Source of the DNA: an uncultured Gammaproteobacteria bacterium
GTDB taxonomy: Bacteria; Pseudomonadota; Gammaproteobacteria; JAURND01
DNA: 64,000 bases
NCBI GenBank assembly: GCA_963714975.1
Contig: CAVQQD010000002.1
Location: 896,001-960,000 of the forward strand
Reading direction: 5' to 3'
Notes under the pieces: generated by a model
Seen by the model: only the letters and a program-made list of their open reading frames with translations
Told to the model about the DNA's origin: nothing
Database searches by the model: none
Position numbers and translations under genes: made by a program
Part shown: positions 40,701 through 55,700 of the stretch, piece by piece
Numbering within the stretch: the first letter of the stretch is position 1
Layout of the letters: each line of letters begins with the position of its first letter

Positions 40701-43700
40701 AATTGCCAGAAATTTAAGGCTTCACCAGCAAAAATAATATATCTGAGGCTGCTTAGCTGATGAGGAGCCGATATTGCTAAATCAATAAATTGATAAAAAA
40801 CACTGGGCGTTTGATTTAAAACAGTTACCCCGTGTTGCTCACAAAGTTCATAAAATAGTTTAATGTCTCTGGTCTGCTCATAACTGGGTATCAACAATTT
40901 ACCGCCATGACATAAGGCTCCCCACATCTCCCAGACGCTAACATCAAATACATAGGCATGAAATAGTGTCCATACATCCTGGCTATTAAAGTGATACCAG
41001 TCATCGGTTGCCAACAACAATCGATGCACATTATTATGCTGCTGCAATACACCTTTGGGTTGGCCCGTAGTTCCGCTGGTATAAATTACATAGGCTAGAT
41101 TGGTACTGTTGATATGCTGCGGCAAATTAGTTTCTTGATAGGCATTTAACTTACTTTGTAATTCATCGCCATCAATCGCTTCGATATGCGTTGCTAAAGC
41201 ATGTTTACTTATGATGTCAGCAAGACGTGCTCGATATATTTCATTAGTTAAACATAGTTTTGCAGCCGTATCTTCTAAAGCATAAGTGATACGTTCATCA
41301 GGATAACGAGGATCCATCGGCACATATGCCGCGCCAGCTTTTAAAACTGCTAAAATGGCTATGAGCATTTTTTCACTGCGATCTAGGCATAAAGCGATTA
41401 AATCATCCCCTTGAAGCTGATAATGCTGCCGCAGATAATGCGCGAGTTGATTCGCTTTTGTATTGAGTTCACGATAAGTGAGCTGTCTGTTCTCATACAC
41501 CAGGGCAATATGGTCTGGCGTTCTTTCAACCTGTTCTTCAAACAACTGGTGTATCGTTTTATCTGCTGGATAATCTCGCTCGGTTTTATTCCAGTCTAGA
41601 ATTATTTTCTGGTAATCAGCAGCATTGAGATAACTGAGCTCATTTTGTTGTTCCACTCCAATGACTGTGATCTGATAGAGCAATGATTCCAAACAGCTTA
41701 ATAGTGTCTCTATAGTTTTCACACTAAACAATTCAGCTGCATATTTGAGATTGATTTGGATTCGTCCTTCTTGTTCATAGGCGGTAATTGCCAACGGATA
41801 ATCTAACGCTTCCATTCCCTGAAATCCACTCAATTTGAGCAAATGATCTTCCATTTTTTGTGGCACAGGATAATTTTCGTATATAAACAAACTATCAAAC
41901 AATCTTCTTCCTGAAGACTGTAATTTAGCTAGATTGATATCACTATAACTATTCATTTCATTAATTTTATTCTGGAGTATTTTTATTTGCTCTATAATAG
42001 TTTCCTCACCTTCATGATTAACGATCAACGGTAAAGTATTTATATATAGACCCACGGAGCTTTCTATCTCATCTATGGGCAAATTCCGACCTGAAATAGT
42101 TGTCCCAACCACAGTAGTCTGGCTATTGCCATATACACTTAATAATTTATGCCAACTATATTGCAACAAGGCATTAACTGTAATGCCATGCTCATAACTA
42201 AAAGCCTTAATAGACTGATACAAAGATTGCTCAGCATGAACACTGGCTTCAGCTTTATCGACGATGAAACGATACTCCGCTAATTTGATGCTTTTTTTAT
42301 CCAGACGGAGTAACCCAGTTAAGTCAGGATAGTCTATAACCTTGGCTAACTCCATGCGCCAATAGTTTTCACTAGCAAGATGCCTCCTTTGCAAATAAGC
42401 CTGACTTAATAGATACGCCACCTCTTCCTGAATATTTGCCAATATTCGTACTTGCATGGCACTATTCGTTCTATTTGTATACAGTTGCAAATACAAATCA
42501 TGAACAAAGCCCAATAATAAAGGAGTACTCCAGCCATCTAGAATCGCATGATGGCTACTAAAAAGACAGCTATAGCTGGCCTCTCCCTGCTTCAGCAAAT
42601 GTATGCGTAGCAACTGGCCTTGATCTAAGTGATAGCTGTGCTGACGATCATGCACCACTAGCTCATTCATGTAATATTCTTGTTGCTGCGGGTCTTTCGC
42701 ACTGATATCACTATACTGCCAATATAACTCTTGATGCTGATCGATGATTTGTACTAACTTCTCATCCCAGGAAAATCGCAAACGCAAGCTCGGATATTTT
42801 TTCAGTGCTCCTTGCCAGGCCATTCTTAATAACTCAGGTTCCAATGAGTTCTCATAGTTAAATAGAAACTGCACCCGGTACGCGGTATCTGTTTCACCTT
42901 GATTCAGAGCATGATAGATAAATCCCTGCTGTAAACTATTGGCTAAATACACATGCGTAATCGCTTGCTGAGCCTGGATCTTATCTAAATAACTCTGCGA
43001 GATAATGTAATCGATATCACTGGTCGTTAAATAGGCTCTCGGCAAGTCAACTGTATGCTTAATAATCGCGAGTACTTCCCTTTTAAATGCTTCTACCAGA
43101 TGATTCAGATCATTCTGACTGAGCTTAGACAATAGCCCAAAACGCAGCTCACCTTGATAAACTGCACCATTGGCATTAATAATATTATTGTCTATATTGG
43201 CATGGGATACCGCCATACCACTTGGCTCACCGGTAATCATCCAGTTACTTTCATCTTTGCCGCTTGCATCAAATTGACCGAGGTAGTTAAAAGTCACTCG
43301 TGGTAAATCCTGATGGCTATAACCCAGTAAGGCCCCATAACCAATCCCTTTATGTGGAATCCTCCTCAGACTTTCTTTCACCTGTACAATCGATTGAGAA
43401 ATATTCTCCACAGTGGCCAATTTAACTGGATACATCGTCGTAAACCAACCTACGGTATGAGTAATATCAATACCCTGGGCAATTTCTTCACGGCCATGGC
43501 CTTCCAAGGTAATGTAAATGTAATGGATTTCCTGATGCGTTAACTGCGCTAAGGCTCTGCCAAAAGCAGTCAGCAATAAATCATTAATCTCGGTATGATA
43601 GGCGTGACCACTGTCTGCCAATAATTGCCTCGTGCGCTCTTTATCCAAACTCATTTCCGCATAACTTTGGCTATCCTCATTGGGTAATAATGCGATTAAA

Positions 43701-46700
43701 TGACCTTCCTCTGCCGCCAGACCAGATAATTCTTCCTGCCAATAACTCCGCTCAACCATTTGGGTTTCTGCATATACTTGCACTTGCTCAACCCATTGCC
43801 GATAACTTGTTCCCTTTCTACCCAGCAATTGTTCACTGCTTTGCTGCAGGATCTCATCCAGCTTATTATTGCTCTGAGCTATACTGAGTTTTTCGTACAG
43901 TTCGCGTAAATCATGGGCTATAATTCGCCAACTGACTGCATCGACTAATAAATGATGCAGCGCAAAGAAAATTTTTCTACTGCCATCTGGATATCCTTCC
44001 AAATAGCCTATTTGGTATAAAGGCATCTCTGCTAATAATTCAAAATGGCTTTGCCAATCTGTTAACATCTCTTGATATTCAGACGTTGTGAACTCACTGA
44101 CATTGGCATAAGCTAGAATAAGCGCGTCAAAACTTATCGCAGGACTATAATATTGTTGGTAATTACCCGCTGTTGTTAATCGATAATTCAATCTAAAGGC
44201 ATCATGATATTCTATTAATTTAACTAAACTATGCTTGAGTAATTCCTGATCTAACTTGCCGGTCTTGATCAAAAAAGCTTGATTCCAATGACCAGGTCGT
44301 GGATAGAAACCACTACTTACTTGGCTGAAAAACCAGGCCTGAATTGGCAAAAAGTCCACTTCTCCTGATAATACACCATTTTCTGTGAGCAGCTGCTCCG
44401 GTAAATTAGCTGCATTCGCCAGCTGCTCTGCTAATACCTTTTCACAGAGCTTTTCTACCGTCTTATGTGCAAAAATATCTTTAACGCTAATCGTTAACTG
44501 CAACTGCCTGCGTATTCTACTGACCAGCTGAATGCTAATAATACTGTCACCGCCTAACCTAAAAAAATCATCCCGTATACCAACACTTTCTGCCGACAAA
44601 CCCAGCGCCTCAGCGTATATCTCACAAACTTGACGTTCGAGGTCATTGGAGGGCGCTACATAATTTAATACGTCGCTGAACTCAGGATCTGGTAAGGCGT
44701 TTCGGTCTAATTTACCATTGATAGTTAATGGCAATTGATCTAAATAGATCAATACATTGGGCACCATATAATCTGGTAATTGCATACGCAAATAATCAAG
44801 AATGCTATTTTCATCTAATGGATTATTCGCAACGTAATAACCCACAAGATATTTACTTTGATTTTGCGTATGTTCTTTAACCGACACCGTCGCTTGGTTT
44901 ATTTCCGAATAGTTCAGTAGTTTATTTTCAATTTCACCTAACTCAATTCTAAAACCACGGATTTTTACCTGAAAGTCATTTCTCCCCAGATACTCGATAT
45001 TCCCGTCCGGTAAATATCGCGCCAAATCTCCCGTTTTATACAAGCGGGCATTCTTGCCAGCCTTTTTTTCTGTTTCACTTTGAAATGGGTTGATGATGAA
45101 ACGTTCTGCAGTTAAATCTGGAAGGTTCAAATAACCTCGTGCCAAACCTACTCCGCCGATATACAGTTCACCAATTACCCCAATGGGCAATGGCTTAAGA
45201 TCTTCATCTAGGATGTATATCCGAACATTAGTAATCGGCTTGCCGATATCAGTACTCAAATCCTGATTTCTATAGTGATTTAATGTCACATAAACTGTCG
45301 ACTCTGTTGGGCCATAAGCATTTATTACATTTACTTGATTATTTTTATAATACTCCAATATCTCTTTTTCCGTTTTATCCCCACCTACTACTAAAGTATT
45401 CAATAATAGCAAATGATCTAAAGTGAGTAGTGCGGGCGGTATTAGTGCAACATTAATCTTATAAAGATTAATATACTCTGATAATAACTGAACATCTTGA
45501 CGTATAGCATCACTCACTATATGCGTTGTATGTCCATTGATAATAACCGTAAATAACTCCCACACATGTGCGTCAAATACATAATTGGCATAGCACAGGC
45601 ACTTTAAAGCGAAAAGCTTATTTTCGTACTGCCTGGTCAGGCCAAACTCTTTGGCCTGCATTACTGCTAAATTCACCACACTTCTATGTTCAATCATTAC
45701 ACCCTTAGGTTTTCCTGTAGTACCGCTGGTATAGATCACATAGGCCAAATTAGCACTGGTAATAGGCTGTGACAGGTTAGTTCCTTGGTAGGCATTTAAT
45801 TTATTTTGTAATTCATTGCTATCAATCGCTTCGATATGCGCTGATAAAGCATGTTTATTTATAATGTTAACAAGGCGTGCTCGATGTATTTCATTAGCTA
45901 AACACAGTTTTGCGCTGGTATCTTTTAAAACATAAGCGATACGTTCATCAGGGTAACCGGGATCCATCGGCACATAGGCTGCACCTGCTTTTAATACTGC
46001 TAAAATCGTTATGAGCATCTGTTCACTGCGATCTAAGCACAATGCAACTAAATCATCCCCTTGTAAGTGATATTGTTGCTGTAGGTAATGCGCGAGTTGA
46101 TTCGCTTTTGTATTGAGTTCACGATAAGTGAACTGTCTGTTCTCATACACTAGGGCAATATGGTCTGGCGTTCTTTCAACCTGCTCTTCAAACAACTGGT
46201 GTATCGTTTTATCCGCCGGATAGTCTTTATCAGTTTTATTCCAATCTATTATTAATTTATTATAATCTTTTGATAACAAACTGGATTTATAGCTTTTACC
46301 TTCTAATGCCAAATCCAAGTTATAAATAAAATATTTCATCAAATAATTGAGGTAGTCTTCCTCTATAAAATCATCATGCGCTACCAGCGTGATATTAAAC
46401 TCCTCTTCTGCCTTCTGAGAAACGTTTAGCACACAAGGAATATTGGTACGTTCATAACCTTGAAGATCAATAATATCTTCCATTGACTCTTGAAAAATAT
46501 GAAAGTGAACAAAATTATAAGCAAATTTATAAACTTCATGACCCATCATACTTTTAATATAACCATAGGGCATTATTTTATATTCATACAGTCTTAGTTT
46601 TTCTTCAAATATTTGCTCTGTGCTTATTTTATCCAGCTTATATCTAAAGGGAATAGTGTTCAGAAATAAACCAAATAATTTATCACCTCCTTCAAACTCA

Positions 46701-49700
46701 GGACGATTATTGACGACCAGACCTAAAGTCACATCATCACTATTTAAAAATTGGGACAATGTTTCCACATAGGCATGTAAAAATATTGTGTCTACACCTA
46801 TAGATAGTTCGCGCGCCATCTTGATCGCTTTCGAAACTTTATCTCCAGTCAAGCTATGACGGCTATAAAACAAACCGTCTGCTGATTTAGTTTTTGAAAA
46901 ATTCCAATTGATGCTTGGCAGTTCAACATCTCGTAAGTAATCTTTCCAAAAATTAATATTATCGACATCTTTGATTGCATTTTGTTCATCCTTAACAAAT
47001 TCTCCATAGCTAATTGAAAATTCCGGGGATTCTATTGTTAAGTTATGCACATATTCCTGAACAAACTCATTAATTAACGAAGCCACACTCCAGCCGTCGG
47101 TTATTGCATGATGAAATGAAAATATTAGATCAAATCCATCATCTAATTTATTGACCAGTAACCTGAATAATCCAAACTCTGTAAAATCAAAATTATGAAC
47201 TCTCTCCTGGGCAATCAATGAGTCTACATTTTGATTTTCAAATAATACATAATCTTTGGTCAATGTCTTGGCTATTTCCACGTTATAGCCGGTGCTCACA
47301 GTTAAAAATCTGGCGCGTAGTAACTCATGCTTTGCGATAAGTTTATTCCATACGGATAAAAACTTATCACTTTCAAAATTACTCGATAATTTATAAGAGA
47401 AAACATCATGATAGGCACCATATTCATCCAACTCGGATTCCAATAACATGCCCATTTGTAAATAACTGGCGGGATAGGAATCTTCGACGATATCAAAGTC
47501 AATTTTCGCCAATTGCGCGGCGGTTAAAAAACTGAACTTCGTATAGGTCTCTCTCAAAAAAGGCGCTTCATGAATACTCGATTGAATCAGATCAGATAAT
47601 CTTCCTACTGTTTTTTTATTAAAAATATCTTTAACTTTAACTGCGCTATTTAAAGCAGTATTTATTTTACTGACCAATCTAATAGCAATAATACTATCGC
47701 CACCCAACCTGAAGAAATTATCATTAATGCCCACCTTCTCTACCGATAAGCCCAGTACTTCGGCATATATTTTACACAGCATATGCTCTAAATCATTGCG
47801 CGGTTCTACATAATTCAATTCATCACCAAACTCTGGATCCGGTAATGCTTTCCGGTCGAGTTTGCCATTGATCGTTAATGGCAGTTGCTCTATATGCATT
47901 AATACATTGGGAACCATATACTCAGGTAATTGACTATGCAGATAACCAATAATATCATCTGCTGCTAAAGGCCTTGGCGCCACATAATAGCCTACCAGAT
48001 ATTTACTCTGATTTTCCTGATGTTCTCTTGCCAACACAACTGCTTGTTTTATCTCAGGATAACTCAGCAATTTATTTTCAATCTCGCCCAATTCAATCCT
48101 ATATCCACGGATTTTTACTTGAAAGTCATTTCTACCGATATACTCGATACTTCCATCTGGTAAATAACGCGCTAAATCTCCAGTCTTATACAAGCGCGCA
48201 TTTTTTCCTGTCTGCTTTTCCGCTGCACTTTGGAAGGGATTTGCAATAAATCGTTCTGCTGTTAAATCGGGAAGATTTAGATAACCGCGCGCCAAACCTG
48301 CACCACCTATATACATCTCGCCTATTGCCCCCATTGGCAATGGATTGAGACCAGCATCCACTATATAAATGTTTTGATCCGGAATTCGTTTTCCTATATA
48401 TGAATTATTTCCTAAGTCTTCTGCTGCTATGGGCTTGTAAGTTACATGAACTGTTGTCTCAGTTATTCCATACATATTCACTAATAGCGGCTTGGCATAG
48501 CCATACACATTGAACCAGGGTTGTAATTGCCATAAATTTAAGGCTTCACCACCAAAAATAATATATCTGAGGCTGCTTAGCTGATGAGGAGCTGATATTG
48601 CTAAATCAATAAATTGATAAAAAACACTGGGCGTTTGATTTAAAACAGTTATCCCGTGTTGCTCACAAAGTTCATAAAACAGTTTGATATCTCTGGTCTG
48701 CTCATAACTGGGTATCAACAATTTACCGCCGTGACATAGGGCTCCCCACATCTCCCAGACGCTAAAGTCAAATACATAGGCATGAAATAGTGTCCATACA
48801 TCCTGGCTATTAAAGTGATACCAGTCATCAGTTGCCAACAACAATCGATGCACATTGTTATGCTGCTGCAATACACCTTTGGGTTGACCCGTAGTTCCGC
48901 TGGTATAAATTACATAGGCCAAATTAGTACTGGTAATAGGTGATGAGAGGTTAGTTCCTTGGTAGGCATTTAATTTATTTTGTAATTCATTGCTATCAAT
49001 CGCTTCGATAGGCGTTGATAAAGTATGTTTATTTATGATGTCAGCAAGACGTGCTCGATGTATTTCATTAGCTAAACACAGTTTTGCGCTGGTATCTTCT
49101 AAAATATAAGCGATACGTTCATCAGGATAACCCGGATCCATTGGCACATAGGCTGCTCCTGCTTTTAATACTGCCAAAATCGCTATGAGCATCTGTTCAC
49201 TGCGATCTAAGCACAATGCAACCAAATCATCCCCTTGCAAGTGATATTGTTGCTGTAGGTAATGTGCAAGTTGATTTGCTTTAGCATTTAATTCACGATA
49301 GCTTAACTGCTGATCTTCATAAACCACTGCAATATGATCTGGAGTTCTTTCAACCTGTTCTGCAAACAGTTGATGAATGGTTTTATCTGCTGGATAGTCT
49401 TTATCAGTTTTATTCCAATCTATTATTAATTTATTATAATCTTTTGATAACAAACTGGATTTATAGCTTTTACCTTCTAATACCAAATCCAAGTTATAAA
49501 TAAAATATTTCATCAAATAATTGAGGTAGTCTTCCTCTATAAAATCATCATGCGCTACCAGCGTGATATTAAACTCCTCTTCTGCCTTCTGAGAAACGTT
49601 TAGCACACAAGGAATATTGGTACGTTCATAACCTTGAAGATCAATAATATCTTCCATTGACTCTTGAAAAATATGAAAGTGAACAAAATTATAAGCAAAT

Positions 49701-52700
49701 TTATAAACTTCATGACCCATCATACTTTTAATATAACCATAGGGCATTATTTTATATTCATACAGTCTTAGTTTTTCTTCAAATATTTGCTCTGTGCTTA
49801 TTTTATCCAGCTTATATCTAAAGGGAATAGTGTTCAGAAATAAACCAAATAATTTATCACCTCCTTCAAACTCAGGACGATTATTGACGACCAGACCTAA
49901 AGTCACATCATCACTATTTAAAAATTGGGACAATGTTTCCACATAGGCATGTAAAAATATTGTGTCTACACCTATAGATAGTTCGCGCGCCATCTTGATC
50001 GCTTTCGAAACTTTATCTCCAGTCAAGCTATGACGGCTATAAAACAAACCGTCTGCTGATTTAGTTTTTGAAAAATTCCAATTGATGCTTGGCAGTTCAA
50101 CATCTCGTAAGTAATCTTTCCAAAAATTAATATTATCGACATCTTTGATTGCATTTTGTTCATCCTTAACAAATTCTCCATAGCTAATTGAAAATTCCGG
50201 GGATTCTATTGTTAAGTTATGCACATATTCCTGAACAAACTCATTAATTAACGAAGCCACACTCCAGCCGTCGGTTATTGCATGATGAAATGAAAATATT
50301 AGATCAAATCCATCATCTAATTTATTGACCAGTAACCTGAATAATCCAAACTCTGTAAAATCAAAATTATGAACTCTCTCCTGGGCAATCAATGAGTCTA
50401 CATTTTGATTTTCAAATAATACATAATCTTTGGTCAATGTCTTGGCTATTTCCACGTTATAGCCGGTGCTCACAGTTAAAAATCTGGCGCGTAGTAACTC
50501 ATGCTTTGCGATAAGTTTATTCCATACGGATAAAAACTTATCACTTTCAAAATTACTCGATAATTTATAAGAGAAAACATCATGATAGGCACCATATTCA
50601 TCCAACTCGGATTCCAATAACATGCCCATTTGTAAATAACTGGCGGGATAGGAATCTTCGACGATATCAAAGTCAATTTTCGCCAATTGCGCGGCGGTTA
50701 AAAAACTGAACTTCGTATAGGTCTCTCTCAAAAAAGGCGCTTCATGAATACTCGATTGAATCAGATCAGATAATCTTCCTACTGTTTTTTTATTAAAAAT
50801 ATCTTTAACTTTAACTGCGCTATTTAAAGCAGTATTTATTTTACTGACCAATCTAATAGCAATAATACTATCGCCACCCAACCTGAAGAAATTATCATTA
50901 ATGCCCACCTTCTCTACCGATAAGCCCAGTACTTCGGCATATATTTTACACAGCATATGCTCTAAATCATTGCGCGGTTCTACATAATTCAATTCATCAC
51001 CAAACTCTGGATCCGGTAATGCTTTCCGGTCGAGTTTGCCATTGATCGTTAATGGCAGTTGCTCTATATGCATTAATACATTGGGAACCATATACTCAGG
51101 TAATTGACTATGCAGATAACCAATAATATCATCTGCTGCTAAAGGCCTTGGCGCCACATAATAGCCTACCAGATATTTACTCTGATTTTCCTGATGTTCT
51201 CTTGCCAACACAACTGCTTGTTTTATCTCAGGATAACTCAGCAATTTATTTTCAATCTCGCCCAATTCAATCCTATATCCACGGATTTTTACTTGAAAGT
51301 CATTTCTACCGATATACTCGATACTTCCATCTGGTAAATAACGCGCTAAATCTCCAGTCTTATACAAGCGCGCATTTTTTCCTGTCTGCTTTTCCGCTGC
51401 ACTTTGGAAGGGATTTGCAATAAATCGTTCTGCTGTTAAATCGGGAAGATTTAGATAACCGCGCGCCAAACCTGCACCACCTATATACATCTCGCCTATT
51501 GCCCCCATTGGCAATGGATTGAGACCAGCATCCACTATATAAATGTTTTGATCCGGAATTCGTTTTCCTATATATGAATTATTTCCTAAGTCTTCTGCTG
51601 CTATGGGCTTGTAAGTTACATGAACTGTTGTCTCAGTTATTCCATACATATTCACTAATAGCGGCTTGGCATAGCCATACACATTGAACCAGGGTTGTAA
51701 TTGCCATAAATTTAAGGCTTCACCACCAAAAATAATATATCTGAGGCTGCTTAGCTGATGAGGAGCTGATATTGCTAAATCAATAAATTGATAAAAAACA
51801 CTGGGCGTTTGATTTAAAACAGTTATCCCGTGTTGCTCACAAAGTTCATAAAACAGTTTGATATCTCTGGTCTGCTCATAACTGGGTATCAACAATTTAC
51901 CGCCGTGACATAGGGCTCCCCACATCTCCCAGACGCTAAAGTCAAATACATAGGCATGAAATAGTGTCCATACATCCTGGCTATTAAAGTGATACCAGTC
52001 ATCAGTTGCCAACAACAATCGATGCACATTGTTATGCTGCTGCAATACACCTTTGGGTTGACCCGTAGTTCCGCTGGTATAAATTACATAGGCCAAATTA
52101 GTATTGGTAATAGGTGATGAGAGGTTAGTTCCTTGGTAGGCATTTAATTTATTTTGTAATTCATTGCTATCAATCGCTTCGATAGGCGTTGATAAAGTAT
52201 GTTTATTTATGATGTCAGCAAGACGTGCTCGATGTATTTCATTAGCTAAACACAGTTTTGCGCTGGTATCTTCTAAAATATAAGCGATACGTTCATCAGG
52301 ATAACCCGGATCCATTGGCACATAGGCTGCTCCTGCTTTTAATACTGCCAAAATCGCTATGAGCATCTGTTCACTGCGATCTAAGCACAATGCAACCAAA
52401 TCATCCCCTTGCAAGTGATATTGTTGCTGTAGGTAATGTGCAAGTTGATTTGCTTTAGCATTTAATTCACGATAGCTTAACTGCTGATCTTCATAAACCA
52501 CTGCAATATGATCTGGAGTTCTTTCAACCTGTTCTGCAAACAGTTGATGAATGGTTTTATCTGCTGGATAGTCTTTATCAGTTTTATTCCAATCATATAT
52601 TAATCTGTCAAAATCTGCGTTTGAAATCAATTTAAGCTGATTGAAGCCACGATTAATATTATTCTGTTCTAAACTATTTAAAATAAATTGGTAGGTTTTA

Positions 52701-55700
52701 AAAATACATGCAACAGTTTCTTTATCATATATATCTACTAAATAGCTGATATTAAAGACAACCTTGTCCGCATACTCCTTGGCAAAAACTGATATTCCAA
52801 ATTTCTCAGAATTATTTGAATCCAGTAGTTTACTAATATCCATGTTTATATTAACTTCGTCAGTGCCTTTGAAATTATGCATGGTAAACATAATTTGCAT
52901 CAACTCAGCGACTTCTTCTCCTTTCTTCGGAGATAAATTAACGATGTTATTTAAATTGATATCTGCATATTGATTTAAAAATATAATTTCATCGTTTACC
53001 TTGCGCAGGTTATCTAATATTGTGTCCTCAGAAGAGTAATCAAACATCAATGGCAGCGCACTAACAAATGGACCTAAGGCTTTTATAAAATCATATCTGC
53101 GATTAGAAACAGTAATGCCGATAGGAAATTTTTCATCATTAAAATTATATTTATCGAGAACATGATAGAAAATAGTCAAAAATAGTGTGTATAAGCTAAT
53201 ATCATTATTCGTTGATAACTGTAGCAATTTCTCCATTCTCAATGTGGAGATTTCAAAAGTAAAATTCTCTCCAACATTATCAGAACTATCTATAGTTATT
53301 TTGGACAGCTGGATAGGCTGTGCTTTGTTGAATTTTACTAGTAGTTTATTTATGGCAACATTATAGTCTGCCGTTTGTAATAAGGCATACTGATGGGGGA
53401 TATAATCTAAGTAATCAAATTTAGAAGCCTCGGGTATATCTACACCTTCTTTAATTTTATTATAGTTATCTAAAAGTTCAGCTATTAATAATTCAACTGA
53501 TTGGGCATCCGTTAGAATATGATGATGAGTCAAATTTAAAATAATATCGTGGCCTTTATCTATGATCGCTATCTCAGCACAAATTAACGAACCACCATCT
53601 AATCTAAAAATATAATTGGCGCTCACATTGGCATATTCAGCTACCTCCTCTTCTCTAAGATAGACTTTTCGTATTAATATCTCTTCAAATGATAATTTAT
53701 AATGAGATTTATCGATTAGTCGAATTTTTAAAATTCTATTATTCAAAAAGAGAAATCTTATGGCTTCTTCAAAAACATCAACATCGACATCACTTATTCT
53801 CAACAATACCGGAACATTGTAAGTTGTTGGCAGGGCATCCAAATTACTTTGAATATATATAGCATTTTGTATATTTGAAATTCTATTATCATTAGCTAAC
53901 AGTTCATCTGATATTTTGAAAATATTGATCGGTTTATGCTGTTCTCCACTGGATTCTAGCAGCAGCGTAATATGATTGGATAGAGATTCTACACTTCTAA
54001 ATTGATAAAAATCTTCGAGCTTTACTTCGGTAAATTCCTTGGATAATCGAGAAGCTGCTAGCATTGCTGCTAAAGAATTGCCCCCTAATTTAAAGAAATC
54101 GTCTCTTATTCCCACTTTGCTCGTTGGCAAACCCAGCGCTGCTGCGTATACCTCGCAAAGTTTATGGTCCAAATCATTGCGAGGCGCTATATAGGTGAAT
54201 TTAATGCTGGACTCTGGTTCAGGCAAAGCTCGTAAGTCCACTTTTCCATTGATGGTCAATGGCAACTTATCTAGACGAATTAATATGCTTGGTACCATGT
54301 AGTCTGGTAGCTGACTATGCAGATAATCAAGAATAGCATTTTCTTCTAATTGACTATCGGCGACATAATAACCGATTAGGTACTTATTACTGTTATCTTC
54401 AGCATGATGTTCTTTAGCTATCACCACAGCTTGCTTTATTTGTGGATAATTGACCAATTTGCTTTCGATTTCACCTGGTTCAATTCTCAAACCATGAATT
54501 TTTATCTGAAAGTCACTTCTGCCAATAAATTCTATATTTCCATCAGGCAAATAGCGGGCTAGATCCCCCGTCTTATATAACCTAGAATTCTTACTCGCTT
54601 TTTTTTCTACTTCGGTTTGGAAAGGATTAGTAATAAAACGTTCCGCAGTTAAATCTGGAAGATTCAAATACCCGCGTGCTAAACCAATGCCACCGATATA
54701 TAACTCTCCTATTGCCCCCACTGGCAAAGGATTGAAATTTGGGTCCAGGATGTATATCGTAATGTTGGCAATAGGTTTTCCAATATTGGTATTTAAATCA
54801 TCACCTTTGTAATGATTTAACGTGGCACAGACAGTTGATTCCGTGGGCCCATAGGCGTTTATTATGTTTATTTGATTATTCCTATAGTGCTCTAATAGTC
54901 TTTTTTCTGTTTTTTCTCCCCCTATTATTAAAGTACGTAGCGGCAATAAGCTGTCAATTGTTAATATTGCTGGAGGTATAGTTGCTATTTTAATCTGATG
55001 GAGATTAATATAGTCCGATAATAATTCCATATCGTGAAGTATACTATTTTTCACTATATGGATAGTATGTCCATGGGTTATAACGGGAAATACTTCACTG
55101 ACATGAACATCAAATACACAATTGGTATACCATAAGCTATGAATTGATGATCGGGTGTCTTGGAATTGCGTGGATAAATCAATCTCTTGGGCTTGTGCAA
55201 TTAGCAAATTTGTTACGCCTTTATGGGCAATCATCACCCCTTTTGGCTTTCCTGTCGTTCCACTTGTATAAATCACATAGGCTAAATTAGCGCTCAAAAT
55301 ATTTTTAACTGGGTTAGTCTCTGAAAAAGGTTTCAACTTTTTCTGTAACCCATGACTATCGATAGCTTCTATCTCAGTTGTCAATTGGTGATGATTGATG
55401 AAATTCGCAATTTGATCTTGATATATCGCATTCGTTATTACTGCCTTTGTCTCAGTATCCTTTAAAATATAAATAATACGCTCTTCAGGATAGCTTAGAT
55501 CTATTGGCACGTATGCCGCACCAGCCTTTAATACGGCCAAAATTGCTATTAACATATATTCGCTGCGGTCTAGATACAAAGCAATTAAATCATCCCCATG
55601 AATAGTATATTTTTCACGTAAATACTGCGCGAATTGGTTTGCTTTGGCATTAAGTTCGTAATAGGTAAGTTGCATGTCTTCATAGATCATCGCGACATGG

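Noticed and set aside
41411-52973. Short ORFs inside the NRPS (41411, 43352, 43690, 47302, 47974, 50476, 51148, 52764)
   Set aside because: Shadow frames of the NRPS. They are useful only as evidence of the duplication.
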